From positions 132,103 through 152,102 of the forward strand of contig BLSG01000397.1 of assembly GCA_012862495.1 (NCBI GenBank): a stretch of 20,000 nt of DNA, given 5' to 3'. Made by a program: the position numbers and the translations under genes. How positions within the stretch are numbered: the first letter of the stretch is position 1; each line of letters begins with the position of its first letter. This document shows positions 1 through 9,112 of the stretch, one piece after another. The notes beneath the pieces are model-generated. The model did not search any database and was not told the origin of the DNA. It saw only the letters and a list, made by a program, of their open reading frames with translations. This DNA is from Thraustochytrium aureum. Taxonomy: Eukaryota.

Positions 1-3000
1 AGCGCCAGTCCCAGAGCTAGAGCAACCTCGAGCGGCACGGGAACGGCAACCTGGCCAGCATTCCGCATCGCCAACTTGCGCTTCGAGCTGCGCGAAGAAG
101 CGCTTTCGCGAGGGCTTGTCAGGCTGCAGGGCAAGCTTGACGTCGAGGCGGACGGGTCACTGAGGCTTGGCCGCCTTGTAGTGGCAAGCTTGATCTCTGG
201 CGCACCAGGCAACCCCTTTCACGTTCTCGCAGAATCGCGCCACGACACTGTCTCCAAGGCGGACGCCTCCCGAAACGATGGGGCCGTCGCCCAACCGTAC
301 GGAACCGTCGCAGCAAGATTCCCCAGCGGTGGCGGCCCGGCGTCTGTTTCAGTCACAGGGATGCGCTTCGTGCATTACCACAACATCTTCAAAGAGCTTG
401 TCGACTACGCCGAGTATGGCATNNNNNNNNNNNNNNNNNNNNNNNNNNNNNNNNNNNNNNNNNNNNNNNNNNNNNNNNNNNNNNNNNNNNNNNNNNNNNN
501 NNNNNNNNNNNNNNNNNNNNNNNNNNNNNNNNNNNNNNNNNNNNNNNNNNNNNNNNNNNNNNNNNNNNNNNNNNNNNNNNNNATGGCCAGAGCAGCGCAA
601 GGCGGCGCACGGGTCCGTCGAGCTCGGGGCCTCTAGGTGCGACGTCGATTTCAGCCTCGACGCGAGCTCGGGCTCGCAAATCGGCAGCGCGGTCCTCAGC
701 AACGTGCACGCCCGATCCGTCTTTGCCGACGAGCCCACAACAAGCATCCTAGAGGAGAGCGACGGCCTCAAAATGACCTGCGACTGGACCCGTGCGCCGT
801 TCACGGACGACGAGGCGGCCGCACGACGGGCGCTCTATGTTGCTTCCAGAGACGGCATCCGGGCCTGGAAGGGCGCTCCGTCGGGCAAGGGGTTCCGCAA
901 CCTTGTGGAATGGGCGATATCGGGCCACAAGTCGCTCGACCTCTCCATCACACAACGCCAGTACCACCTGCTCAACATCGTGCTCAGCGAAAACATGACG
1001 GACTGGAACAGCCCTGTGCACGTCTGCAAACCAACTGGGTGGGCCGCAGGTCCTGGCGCACAGTTTGCTCACGAGGACGGCCCTGACGACCGCCGTCGCT
1101 GCTTTTGCGAAATGCTTCCAACGGAGCAAAGGGTCGTCGAGCTACAGGTCAAGGCTAAGGGACCCCCGCTCACGCGCGTGCGCCTGGTTCCAGCAGGATC
1201 CCCTGGCACGGAGTTTTTCGTTGAGCTCGAGCACTATTCAATCGAATTCACAGAGTGGCTCAAGCTCGGCCGCCAAGGTGCTCACTCTGCGGCGAGGTTT
1301 CGTGTCGAGGCCGTCAGACATGATGGCACGGCCCACGGAGCGAGCTCGACCCGACGTGTCCTAGAGACTGGGCCTAATCCTCGCGTTGACATGGAAAAGA
1401 CCACGGCCCGCGACACGAGGTTTTCGGTGGTCACTGACGCGCTCGAGGTCGCGGCCGACCCAGGGACGCTGCGTCTCTTGCTGATGTTTTTTGACGGCAA
1501 CCATGCGGAGCGAGTTCACATGAGTTGCCCGGTTGAGCTTGGGCCAGACGAGCTGCTCCAACGAAGGCCCAAGGCGACCTTGCGGGAGATCTCCGTGCAG
1601 CGCCTCCTTGTGGAAGCATACGCGCCACACTCCCCCACAATCGCGGCCGTCGGTAAAGTCAAGCTGCGCAACACGCGTACCCGCGAGCAACAACGCGTCG
1701 TTGAGCTCACGATTACGCTCGAGTCCGTGGCGCAGGCCGGCGGTGAGGCGATCCTGGGTCGCCCTGTTTGCGTCGACTATCAAGAAACCAAGACGCCGGA
1801 AAACCCCAACAGCCTCGAGCACCAGCGTCGAGTTTCCCTTACGGTGGAGGAGGTGTTGCTCGGTGCAACCCAGGTGGCGCTCGATGAGGTTGTCCAGACG
1901 TTAAAGTCCTGGCAAGCACACATCGTCAAGCCTGGGGAGAAAGCGCTCCGGCGCGCAAAGCGGGCCTTCTACGGCACGCAAGCCTCCCACAATGTCCCCA
2001 AGCACGTCAAATCAACTTCGGTGTTCCAGCTCGGCGGCCTGCAACTCCTTATTTCGGACCGCGCCACAGCGGTGCAAGGGCGCGCGCTGCCGCTCGTGTG
2101 CTTGTGCTCGAGCCCGCTGATCGCGCGCCAGGTCACAGAGACGCTTGCAGGAGCAGGCAGGCGAATCACCACGTACGAAGGCGACTTTACTGACGTGACG
2201 GCGCCTTCCTCTTTCTTGTCAGGGGCCTCACGCTTCCGCTCAAACGACGACGTTTGGTGTGGGGCAAAGTCCAAGCAGGGCATTGTTATCGCGTCCTTCA
2301 ACCTCCGCATTGCCAAGTGGGAGCCTCTTGTCGAACCGTGGGTTTGGGAGTGGACAGTGCAGCGTACGAGCAACTTTATCGTCAAGCAGCCGTCAGCCGT
2401 CGCGGTGCAGATACACGCCCCCCGCGCGCTGAACCTCAACCTCTCGTACGAGTCATGCAAAGCGGCGAGCTGGGCCTGGGCTGTTTTAAAAGCAGATCGC
2501 CTGACCCGTCGTCGGGACTCGCAGGGCCCCGGACACGGCCATGCCGATACCGATCCAAGCGTCTTGGTTGCTGTTCGAGACGGCACTCGGCCACCGAGCC
2601 TCAGCGTGGCGACGATCTCCACTGTTCCCGAGGGAGCCCGTGCGGATGCCCCGTATGTTGTGGAGAACCAGACGGGTATCACCATAGCGATCCGTGACGG
2701 GTCGATCGGGGCTGCAAGCGCACGAAATAGCGATGACGGCTCGTTGGCCGATGATGGGGCGGCTCCAGAGCAGCTAGTTTACAATCAAGGGTCGGCTTCG
2801 TTCTCCCCTGCGGCACCGAGCGACGGGCAGCTTGGGATAGCTGCGCTCTCGATTGCGTGGCGTGGCGGGCCGGAGCACGCCTGGCACGACCTCGTCGGCA
2901 TCCCGCTTGCCGACGTCGGGACATTTGTGTACACGCTGTATCCACGATTTGGCGCCACCCTGGCTGAAGAACCTACCAGTATGGTTTCCAAGCTCGCCGT

Positions 3001-6000
3001 GGACGTCTTTCCACGGGACGGGAAAATGGTGGCGCGACTGCGGTCCGTTTTCCGGTTCACCAACGAGACGGACGCCAGCGTCCAGGTCCTCGTTCTGCCT
3101 GGAGTGGACCCCAATCACGCACCACCAGTGCGCCTTCGCTGCGTCAGAGCTTGGCCCCGTGGAGCCGGGTCGGGAGCTCTTCCTACCGCTCACCGCTTTC
3201 CACTGCGCGCTGACCGTCCGCCCGGTCGACGGGCCTGACGGGCAAGCCTTCGACTGGTGGGAGGGCTTTGAGCTCAAAACGATAGAGACTGGGGCGGTCA
3301 AGGGCGCCCGTTCACGCCAACGCACACGGACAGATTCGAGCGGAGCGAGAAGGTCCGGGCCTGCGGCGCCGCCGGGCTCTCCCGTTCGCGAGGCCATGTC
3401 TCTCAAACTCGTTTGCACGCGGCGTGCGGCGCCTGAATTGCGTCCGTTCGTTGCAAGCGTGCGAGTCGACACTGTGCAGGCCTCCAACCCGCTCCACCTC
3501 AAGGCGGTCCATGACCTCACCTTGCTGCCGGGCCTCGTGATCGACAACCTGCTTCCTCTGCGACTCTCGATCCAATGGTGCGCGAATGATGATGCTGACA
3601 GCCCCACCCCGCTCGGGCTTTTCGAGACGGGAGGCCTCAACCCCATCGAGCCAGGCTCGCGCGGCTGCCTCCAGGTGCCCACGCTCTCCTGGCTCCGCCT
3701 GCGCCTTCCGCTGAGCCGATGGAGCGAGCCTTGGCGGGTGGGCATTCCAGAGCCCGTGCGCCAAACCAGCAGGAAAGCGGCTTCTGCAACGGACCCTGAC
3801 ACCGGCTGCGCTGTTGGCCCTTCCTTGTTTTGCTAGACAACGGCCTGGGCGAGCAGCTGCGTGTTGTTCTTGAGGTCGCACCCTCGTCGGCGCACAGCTT
3901 CAAGATTGTGGTTTTTGCCAGCACGTGGCTCCTGAACCGGACGGGCATGGCGCTGTCCTTCCGTCCAGGCGATCCTCGCTCAATCTTTGCTGCGCATGGC
4001 AAGCTGGGCCAAAGCGTAGCAGATGGGGTGAAGCGGGCCGCCGGCGCAAGGGCGGCGCGGCTGGCCTTCAAGCATGGCCAGTCCGTGCAGGTCCGATTGG
4101 CTCGACATGCCTTGGACAGTGCTTCAGATTGGGTTGCCGCCGTGGTGTTCCAGCTCAACCCGGCTCAGGCCACCTACGACCTGCTCCTCGAAACCGGTGA
4201 ACTCGAACTCGATGTCGAACCTAGCCGTGTGCGGAGCCTCAGCGAAGTTACGGCTGGGGACTCGAGCGACGAAACCGTCACTGAAGGCAGCGTGGGGGAC
4301 ACCAGGGAGGAGGACACCGCGGATGATGCGTGCACCCCTGGCGACAGTCACAAGGACACGCTGGGCAGCGCTGACCAAGCAGTCGTAGCGTCCACGCTCG
4401 ACAGCGCTGACCAAGCAGTCGTAGCGTCCACGCTTCACGCAGCGGTCGCCGAAGACGGCTTAGTCTCGACGCCAGAGCCGGCGCCGTTGCTGACGGCCAG
4501 CGCTCTTGTTGAAGGGCTCGAAGACCTGACTCTGTTCTCCGAGAGCCCGCAGCTGTCGGTGCGCATGTCGCAGTCGGATTGGTCAAGCGCGTTCAACGTG
4601 GAGACGGTTGGCGCCAAGGGCACAGTCCTGCTCCCAAGGCGCGGTGGGTCTGGGCCACGCGGTCACAGCGCAGAGCACTACGAGATCGGGGTGCAAGTGA
4701 GCTTGGCCCCAGCCGAGTTTCGCAGAACCAAGATCGTCACGTTTATGCCGCGCTACATTCTCGTCGGCGAGGGGTTTGGCGGCCACCCAGGCGACGAGCA
4801 GCCCGACTTTGACCGCATTGTAGTTGCACAGAGCACCAACATGCACCGGGGCGAACCCGTCCCGTCGACCGTGGTACAGCTCGGCCTGGCGAAACCAAGC
4901 CGCTGTTTTACATGGCGAGTCGCACGGCGCGAAAGGCGTTGTCTGTCTGAGCCTCGAGCGAAGCGGCGAGGCCACGTCGCAATGGGGTTGGTCTGGCGCA
5001 TTCAGCATTTTGCTTGACCTGGACACCGCAGTCAAGGTGCGAAATGTGGCGTCTGGAGCGGTTCGCGTCGTGCGCGTGCGCGTCGAGGTGACGGAGGCCA
5101 CCTCCGTGGTGCGGCTCTCCATCGACAGCGACACGGGGCCCAGCATGTACCGAATCGAGAACCGCACGAGCGAGCCGATTCACTACTTTCAGCACCTGGG
5201 GCTCGGCCGCCGCGCAGCGTTTGTCTCGACTGGAAAGGCCGCCATTGAGGGCGCCACAAACGTGGCGGGCGTCGAGACTGCGACCGGGGCTCGCGACTCG
5301 AGCGGGCGGGCGCAAAGCGGATTCCCTGCCCTTGGACGGGTCGAGCCGGCCGCCCGTGGCGTCGTCGAGCGCGTGCTTCCTGGTGAGTCGCGCGCCTTTG
5401 GCTGGGACGAGCTCAACATGGTCAAGCGCGTCGTCGTGTTGTCCTTGCACGGTGATACTGCGCTCTTCGGCTGCGAGCTTGATGAGCTCAACCAGCGCCG
5501 CGAGCTTGGCGGCCCGGAAGTCTGCGGGCGGACCTTTTTCGATGGGTCTACCAAGGTCCTGGTCCTCGCGGATGCTTCGGGGAGCGGGCAGGGCGACGAC
5601 GAGCTCGCTAGCGCCCCCCGAGACAACGAGCTGACAAGCTCGCTTGTCGTGCAAGTGGGCATTTCTGGCATCACCCTCTCCGTGGTGGACAGCATGCCTC
5701 AAGAGCTCTTGCTGGTGACCTTGGGCGAAGTCCTGGTCGACTTTATCCAGCACCCGAATGCAGACCGGTCCTTGGAGCTCGTTGTGGGCTGGGCCCAGGT
5801 GGACAACCAAACCGTGCAAGCCCGGCTGCCGATTGTGCTGTTCCCCACACCGCGCGAGGTGGCGGGCTCGGCGGTGGCTGCTGCCTCATCCGGCCAGAGC
5901 CGCGTTGCCGCGGACGAAGCCCGCAAAGAAAACGCTTTCATCCACCTGAGCGTGGTCGAACGCAACGCATTGCAGTCAGAGCATTGCGTTTTCTTTGAGT

Positions 6001-7586
6001 ACGTCGGGCTGTCTGTGCGGGAGTTTGACGTGATGGTGGAAATGGCCTGGGTCCTGCTTGTCTGGAGACTCGTGAGCGAATGCGGGGCCCTCCCAGAGGC
6101 GTGCTTTGAACACGCAATGTTCTTGCGCCGCGGCGAGGACCATGAAATTGGCGCGCATGAGCAGGCCGGCACGTCCGACGCTGGGACNNNNNNNNNNNNN
6201 NNNNNNNNNNNNNNNNNNNNNNNNNNNNNNNNNNNNNNNNNNNNNNNNNNNNNNNNNNNNNNNNNNNNNNNNNNNNNNNNNNNNNNNNNNNNNNNNNNNN
6301 NNNNNNNNNNNNNNNNNNNNNNNNNNNNNNNNNNNNNNNNNNNNNNNNNNNNNNNNNNNNNNNNNNNNNNNNNNNNNNNNNNNNNNNNNNNNNNNNNNNN
6401 NNNNNNNNNNNNNNNNNNNNNNNNNNNNNNNNNNNNNNNNNNNNNNNNNNNNNNNNNNNNNNNNNNNNNNNNNNNNNNNNNNNNNNNNNNNNNNNNNNNN
6501 NNNNNNNNNNNNNNNNNNNNNNNNNNNNNNNNNNNNNNNNNNNNNNNNNNNNNNNNNNNNNNNNNNNNNNNNNNNNNNNNNNNNNNNNNNNNNNNNNNNN
6601 NNNNNNNNNNNNNNNNNNNNNNNNNNNNNNNNNNNNNNNNNNNNNNNNNNNNNNNNNNNNNNNNNNNNNNNNNNNNNNNNNNNNNNNNNNNNNNNNNNNN
6701 NNNNNNNNNNNNNNNNNNNNNNNNNNNNNNNNNNNNNNNNNNNNNNNNNNNNNNNNNNNNNNNNNNNNNNNNNNNNNNNNNNNNNNNNNNNNNNNNNNNN
6801 NNNNNNNNNNNNNNNNNNNNNNNNNNNNNNNNNNNNNNNNNNNNNNNNNNNNNNNNNNNNNNNNNNNNNNNNNNNNNNNNNNNNNNNNNNNNNNNNNNNN
6901 NNNNNNNNNNNNNNNNNNNNNNNNNNNNNNNNNNNNNNNNNNNNNNNNNNNNNNNNNNNNNNNNNNNNNNNNNNNNNNNNNNNNNNNNNNNNGACACGAG
7001 GACCGTGCAGTCGGCCGTGCTGAAGAACGACGCTGCGCAGGACTCTATCGTTTCGGGGGCTGGAACCAATGGCAAGGCCCTCGTTGTGGCGCTCTCGGAT
7101 CCGGGAGGCGTCACTTATGAGCCTCGCGCCAGTGTGCAGGTTCGCTACGGGAGGGGTGGGGCCGAGCTTATTCTCTCTGGGGACGCGTCTGTGCTGCAGG
7201 CCGTTCGCGGTGCTCTAGATCGCGTTGCGCATCTGCGCGCATCCGAGTTGGTGCGCGGCGGAGCGCGTCGCGCCCCTTTTGGTGTGACGCTCTGCCCGTT
7301 GCCAGAGACCAAGCAATTCGCGTCGTCCCGGGCCCTCATAGAGGGCACCGCAGGTGGTTCGGTTGGGGTCGGCCTTATCACCTGCGTCACCGAGGGCTCG
7401 CCGGCCCACGCGGGCGGCCTCGTTGTGGGAGACCTACTAGTTGCTGTCGGCGGCTGCTCGTTCGAGCCTGGCGAGTATGGCGAGACGCTCGCAGAGGCGA
7501 TCGAGGAGCTTCCGCCGGGGGCAATCCTGGAACTTGCAGTGTTCCGATCGGGCCGCTGGCTGGCAATGAAGTTTCGCCTCGAGTAG
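1..7586 (+). CDS. VPS13: VPS13-family bridge-like lipid transfer protein (5'-truncated by window; two N gaps; three apparent frameshifts near 3105-3150, 3820-3830 and 4935-4950)
   Basis: Consecutive + ORFs (1-422, 584-~3140, ~3140-3825, ~3825-4940, ~4940-7586) carry VPS13 motifs in the expected order: MRFVHYHNIFKELVDY, FNLRIAKWEPLVEPW, APYVVENQTG, LRSVFRFTNET, IDNLLPLRL, STWLLNRTG, SDWSSAFNVETVG, RRTKIVTFMPRYIL, WSGAFSI, MYRIENRT, LPGESRAFGWDE, GITLSVVDSMPQELLLVTL, WAQVDNQ...PIVLFP. Stop TAG at 7584-7586. Confidence 0.93.
423..582. other. Assembly gap (N run) inside VPS13
   Basis: 160 N. Confidence 1.
4067..4240 (+). other. Tudor/Agenet/SH3-like domain inserted in the VPS13 VAB region
   Basis: FKHGQSVQVRL...DWVAAVVFQLNPAQATYDLLLETGELELDVEPSRVRSL fits the Tudor pattern F-x2-G-x2-V...W-x-A-x-V...Y-x-L...G-x2-E-x2-V-x4-VR. 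It lies between the VAB motifs NRTG and SDWS. Confidence 0.55.
4358..4434 (+). repeat. In-frame 36-bp tandem duplication (2 copies) within VPS13
   Basis: CAGCGCTGACCAAGCAGTCGTAGCGTCCACGCT is identical at 4366-4398 and 4402-4434 and encodes TL[G/D]SADQAVVAS twice. Confidence 0.95.
6188..6992. other. Assembly gap (N run) inside VPS13, probably covering ATG2_C and part of the PH region
   Basis: 805 N; the expected VPS13 C-terminal helical motifs are not visible in the flanks. Confidence 0.95.
7272..7560 (+). other. PDZ domain at the C-terminus of the VPS13 ORF
   Basis: APFGVTL (GLGF-like loop)...GLITCVTEGSPAHAGGLVVGDLLVAVGG...LELAVFR matches the PDZ consensus VxxGSPAxxAGLxxGDxIxxVNG...L.V.R. 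Confidence 0.88.
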
Positions 7587-8017
7587 GTTGGGTGTTTGTG
7601 GGGACTGGAGGTGTCTTCATGAAGTGTCATGAACTGGGCCGCACCGGGCAAGCAGGCGGGCTTTCTTTCTCTCAAGCCCTCTAGAGTAGGTAGAGCTCGG
7701 GTAGAGCTTGGGGAGAGTGCTGGTAAAGACCGCGGGCTCCCATACGGACGCGTACAGTGCGTGGCGTGGAGCAGGAACCGAATGCTGCTCCACTAGCTCT
7801 AGAGAGATCAAAACCATCATAGAAAAAAGTGGTGGAACACATGTGTGTATGTATTTTGTGCAGGGTCAGGGTTGGTCCGCGCGCGAGACGGAGGCGGATT
7901 AAGGTGCGCAGCACCTGCTACACCGCCAGCTCCTGCGGCACGAGCCGCTTGGGCGAAAGGCAGTTCACAACGATCGTTGGGGCAGCAATACTTGGAGCGT
8001 CATTTCGAGCAAAGGAC

Positions 8018-8458
8018 TCAGTAAGTCGGGGCCACGGCGCGCATCTTGCTCTCAAGCTCGTCGTAGAGCTCCTTGTGCTCCCACTTGTCGTCGTCGCCGG
8101 GAACCACCATGATGCAGCTCGTGGGCCGCTTGGTGGACCCGGCGCTGCCCAGCTCGGCCTTGCTCGGGACGAAGACGTACGGGATGCCGTTCTCCTCGCA
8201 CAGCACGGGAAGGTGACTAATCACATCGATCGGCGAGATATCGCCGGCCAGCACGCAGACGCCCTTCTGCTTCTTCCGCAGCGCCTTCTGCACCTCCTTG
8301 ACCCCGCGGCGAATCTTCTTGGTCTTGGACGCCTTCTTGACCATCTTGAGCGTCTTCTTCAGCAGTTTGTCCTCCGCCAGCGGGTTGGCGATCACCGAGA
8401 CGCCGCTCTTGTTGCGCACTGGCACGCCAGAGGCGGTCGTCGGCACGCGGGGGCCCAT
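8018..8458 (-). CDS. NHP2: H/ACA ribonucleoprotein complex subunit 2 (L7Ae family), 146 aa
   Basis: IANPLAEDKLLKKTLKMVKKAS...RRGVKEVQKALRK...LAGDISPIDVISHLPVLCEE...PYVFVPSKAELGSAGSTKRPTSC is the NHP2 signature. First ATG is at 8458; the ORF-track extension to 8596 runs through a microsatellite. Confidence 0.96.
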   Translation of the reverse strand: MGPRVPTTASGVPVRNKSGVSVIANPLAEDKLLKKTLKMVKKASKTKKIRRGVKEVQKALRKKQKGVCVLAGDISPIDVISHLPVLCEENGIPYVFVPSKAELGSAGSTKRPTSCIMVVPGDDDKWEHKELYDELESKMRAVAPTY

Positions 8459-8484
8459 CTCGCCCAAAAACCACCAAGCCTGGC

Positions 8485-8540
8485 GACAGACAGACAGACA
8501 CACACGCAGACAGACAGACAGACGGACACGCAGACAGACA
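8485..8540. repeat. Interrupted (GACA)n microsatellite just upstream of NHP2
   Basis: gacagacagacagaca-cacacg-cagacagacagacagac-ggacacg-cagacagaca; a short (GAGC)3 follows at 8557-8568. Confidence 0.92.
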
Positions 8541-8874
8541 GGCGGGCACGCAGACCGAGCGAGCGAGCAACGACAGCGCGCTCCACCAAACCCCAAACCG
8601 CTGCGAGCGAGTCACCAGCAGCGCGCCAAATGAGCGACTGCCTGCCTGCCAGCCTGCCAAGAGCTCACGCAGGGCGCGGCACTATTCTCGCCAATTTCGC
8701 GTCCAAGCCGAGGCCCAAACCCTGCAAAAACAGTCTACGGGCCCCGATCCACCCAGCTCCAGGCGGCCCTTTCCGCCGCGCAGCCCAGCCACTCGTTCGC
8801 TGCGCGCACACCGCGTTCCCCCGAACCGCCCCCTTGCCCCGCCGTCTCCCCCGTGGTCCGCTATTCCCATGTCC

Positions 8875-8972
8875 CTCTAACTACTTTTACATAACATGTG
8901 TACTTATTTATACAGAGGGCCGGGTTAGGTTAAGTCTATCAGACCTAACCTGACCCTCTGTTTTATTTGGAC
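8875..8972. promoter_or_regulatory. AT-rich island with a 50-bp imperfect inverted repeat (8912-8961) in the divergent NHP2/membrane-protein intergenic region; candidate bidirectional promoter core
   Basis: ACAGAGGGCCGGGTTAGGT (8912-8930) pairs with ACCTAACCTGACCCTCTGT (8943-8961) at 17 of 19 Watson-Crick positions, with AT-rich tracts on both sides. The function is inferred from position only. Confidence 0.45.
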
Positions 8973-9033
8973 AAGGTGAGCAAGGTGGAGAGGGTGGTTT
9001 AGCGGGCCACGCCGGCGGTTCCGGGTGGGACGC

Positions 9034-9035
9034 GG

Positions 9036-9067
<32 letters not shown>
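9034..9067 (+). repeat. (GGCA)8 microsatellite upstream of ATG 9113
   Basis: Eight perfect GGCA units plus GG. Confidence 0.97.
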
Positions 9068-9068
<1 letters not shown>

Positions 9069-9112
9069 CAGGAGCGCAGCAGACCCGCAACGCGGAGGAG
9101 GAGGAGGGCGCG

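Noticed and set aside
3100..3238. Euplotes-style stop-codon-triggered frameshifting as a general rule
   Set aside because: It could fit the 3836 and 16376 sites, but here and at ~4940, ~11775 and ~16735 the sequence evidence places the shift tens of codons before the stop, and there is no shared motif.
3813..3836. Intron GTTGGCCCTTCCTTGTTTTGCTAG with a pyrimidine tract
   Set aside because: Its 24 nt do not restore the required frame, and the nearest upstream GT donors are in the wrong phase; a 1-base deletion explains the site more simply.
7587..8017. tRNA, snoRNA or SECIS element in the intergenic regions
   Set aside because: No cloverleaf, A/B boxes, or convincing C/D, H/ACA or SECIS layout was seen by eye; a covariance-model search would be needed.
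8459..8596. N-terminal extension of NHP2 in the ORF track
   Set aside because: Starts at a non-ATG codon and translates a microsatellite; the ATG at 8458 gives a normal-length NHP2.
7829..8953. 374-aa + ORF and the many other long antisense or alternate-frame ORFs (e.g. 2774-3802, 8908-10029, 11754-12830, 14264-15502, 15740-16606)
   Set aside because: Shadow ORFs of real genes in high-GC DNA, with no recognisable motifs; several are inflated by N runs.
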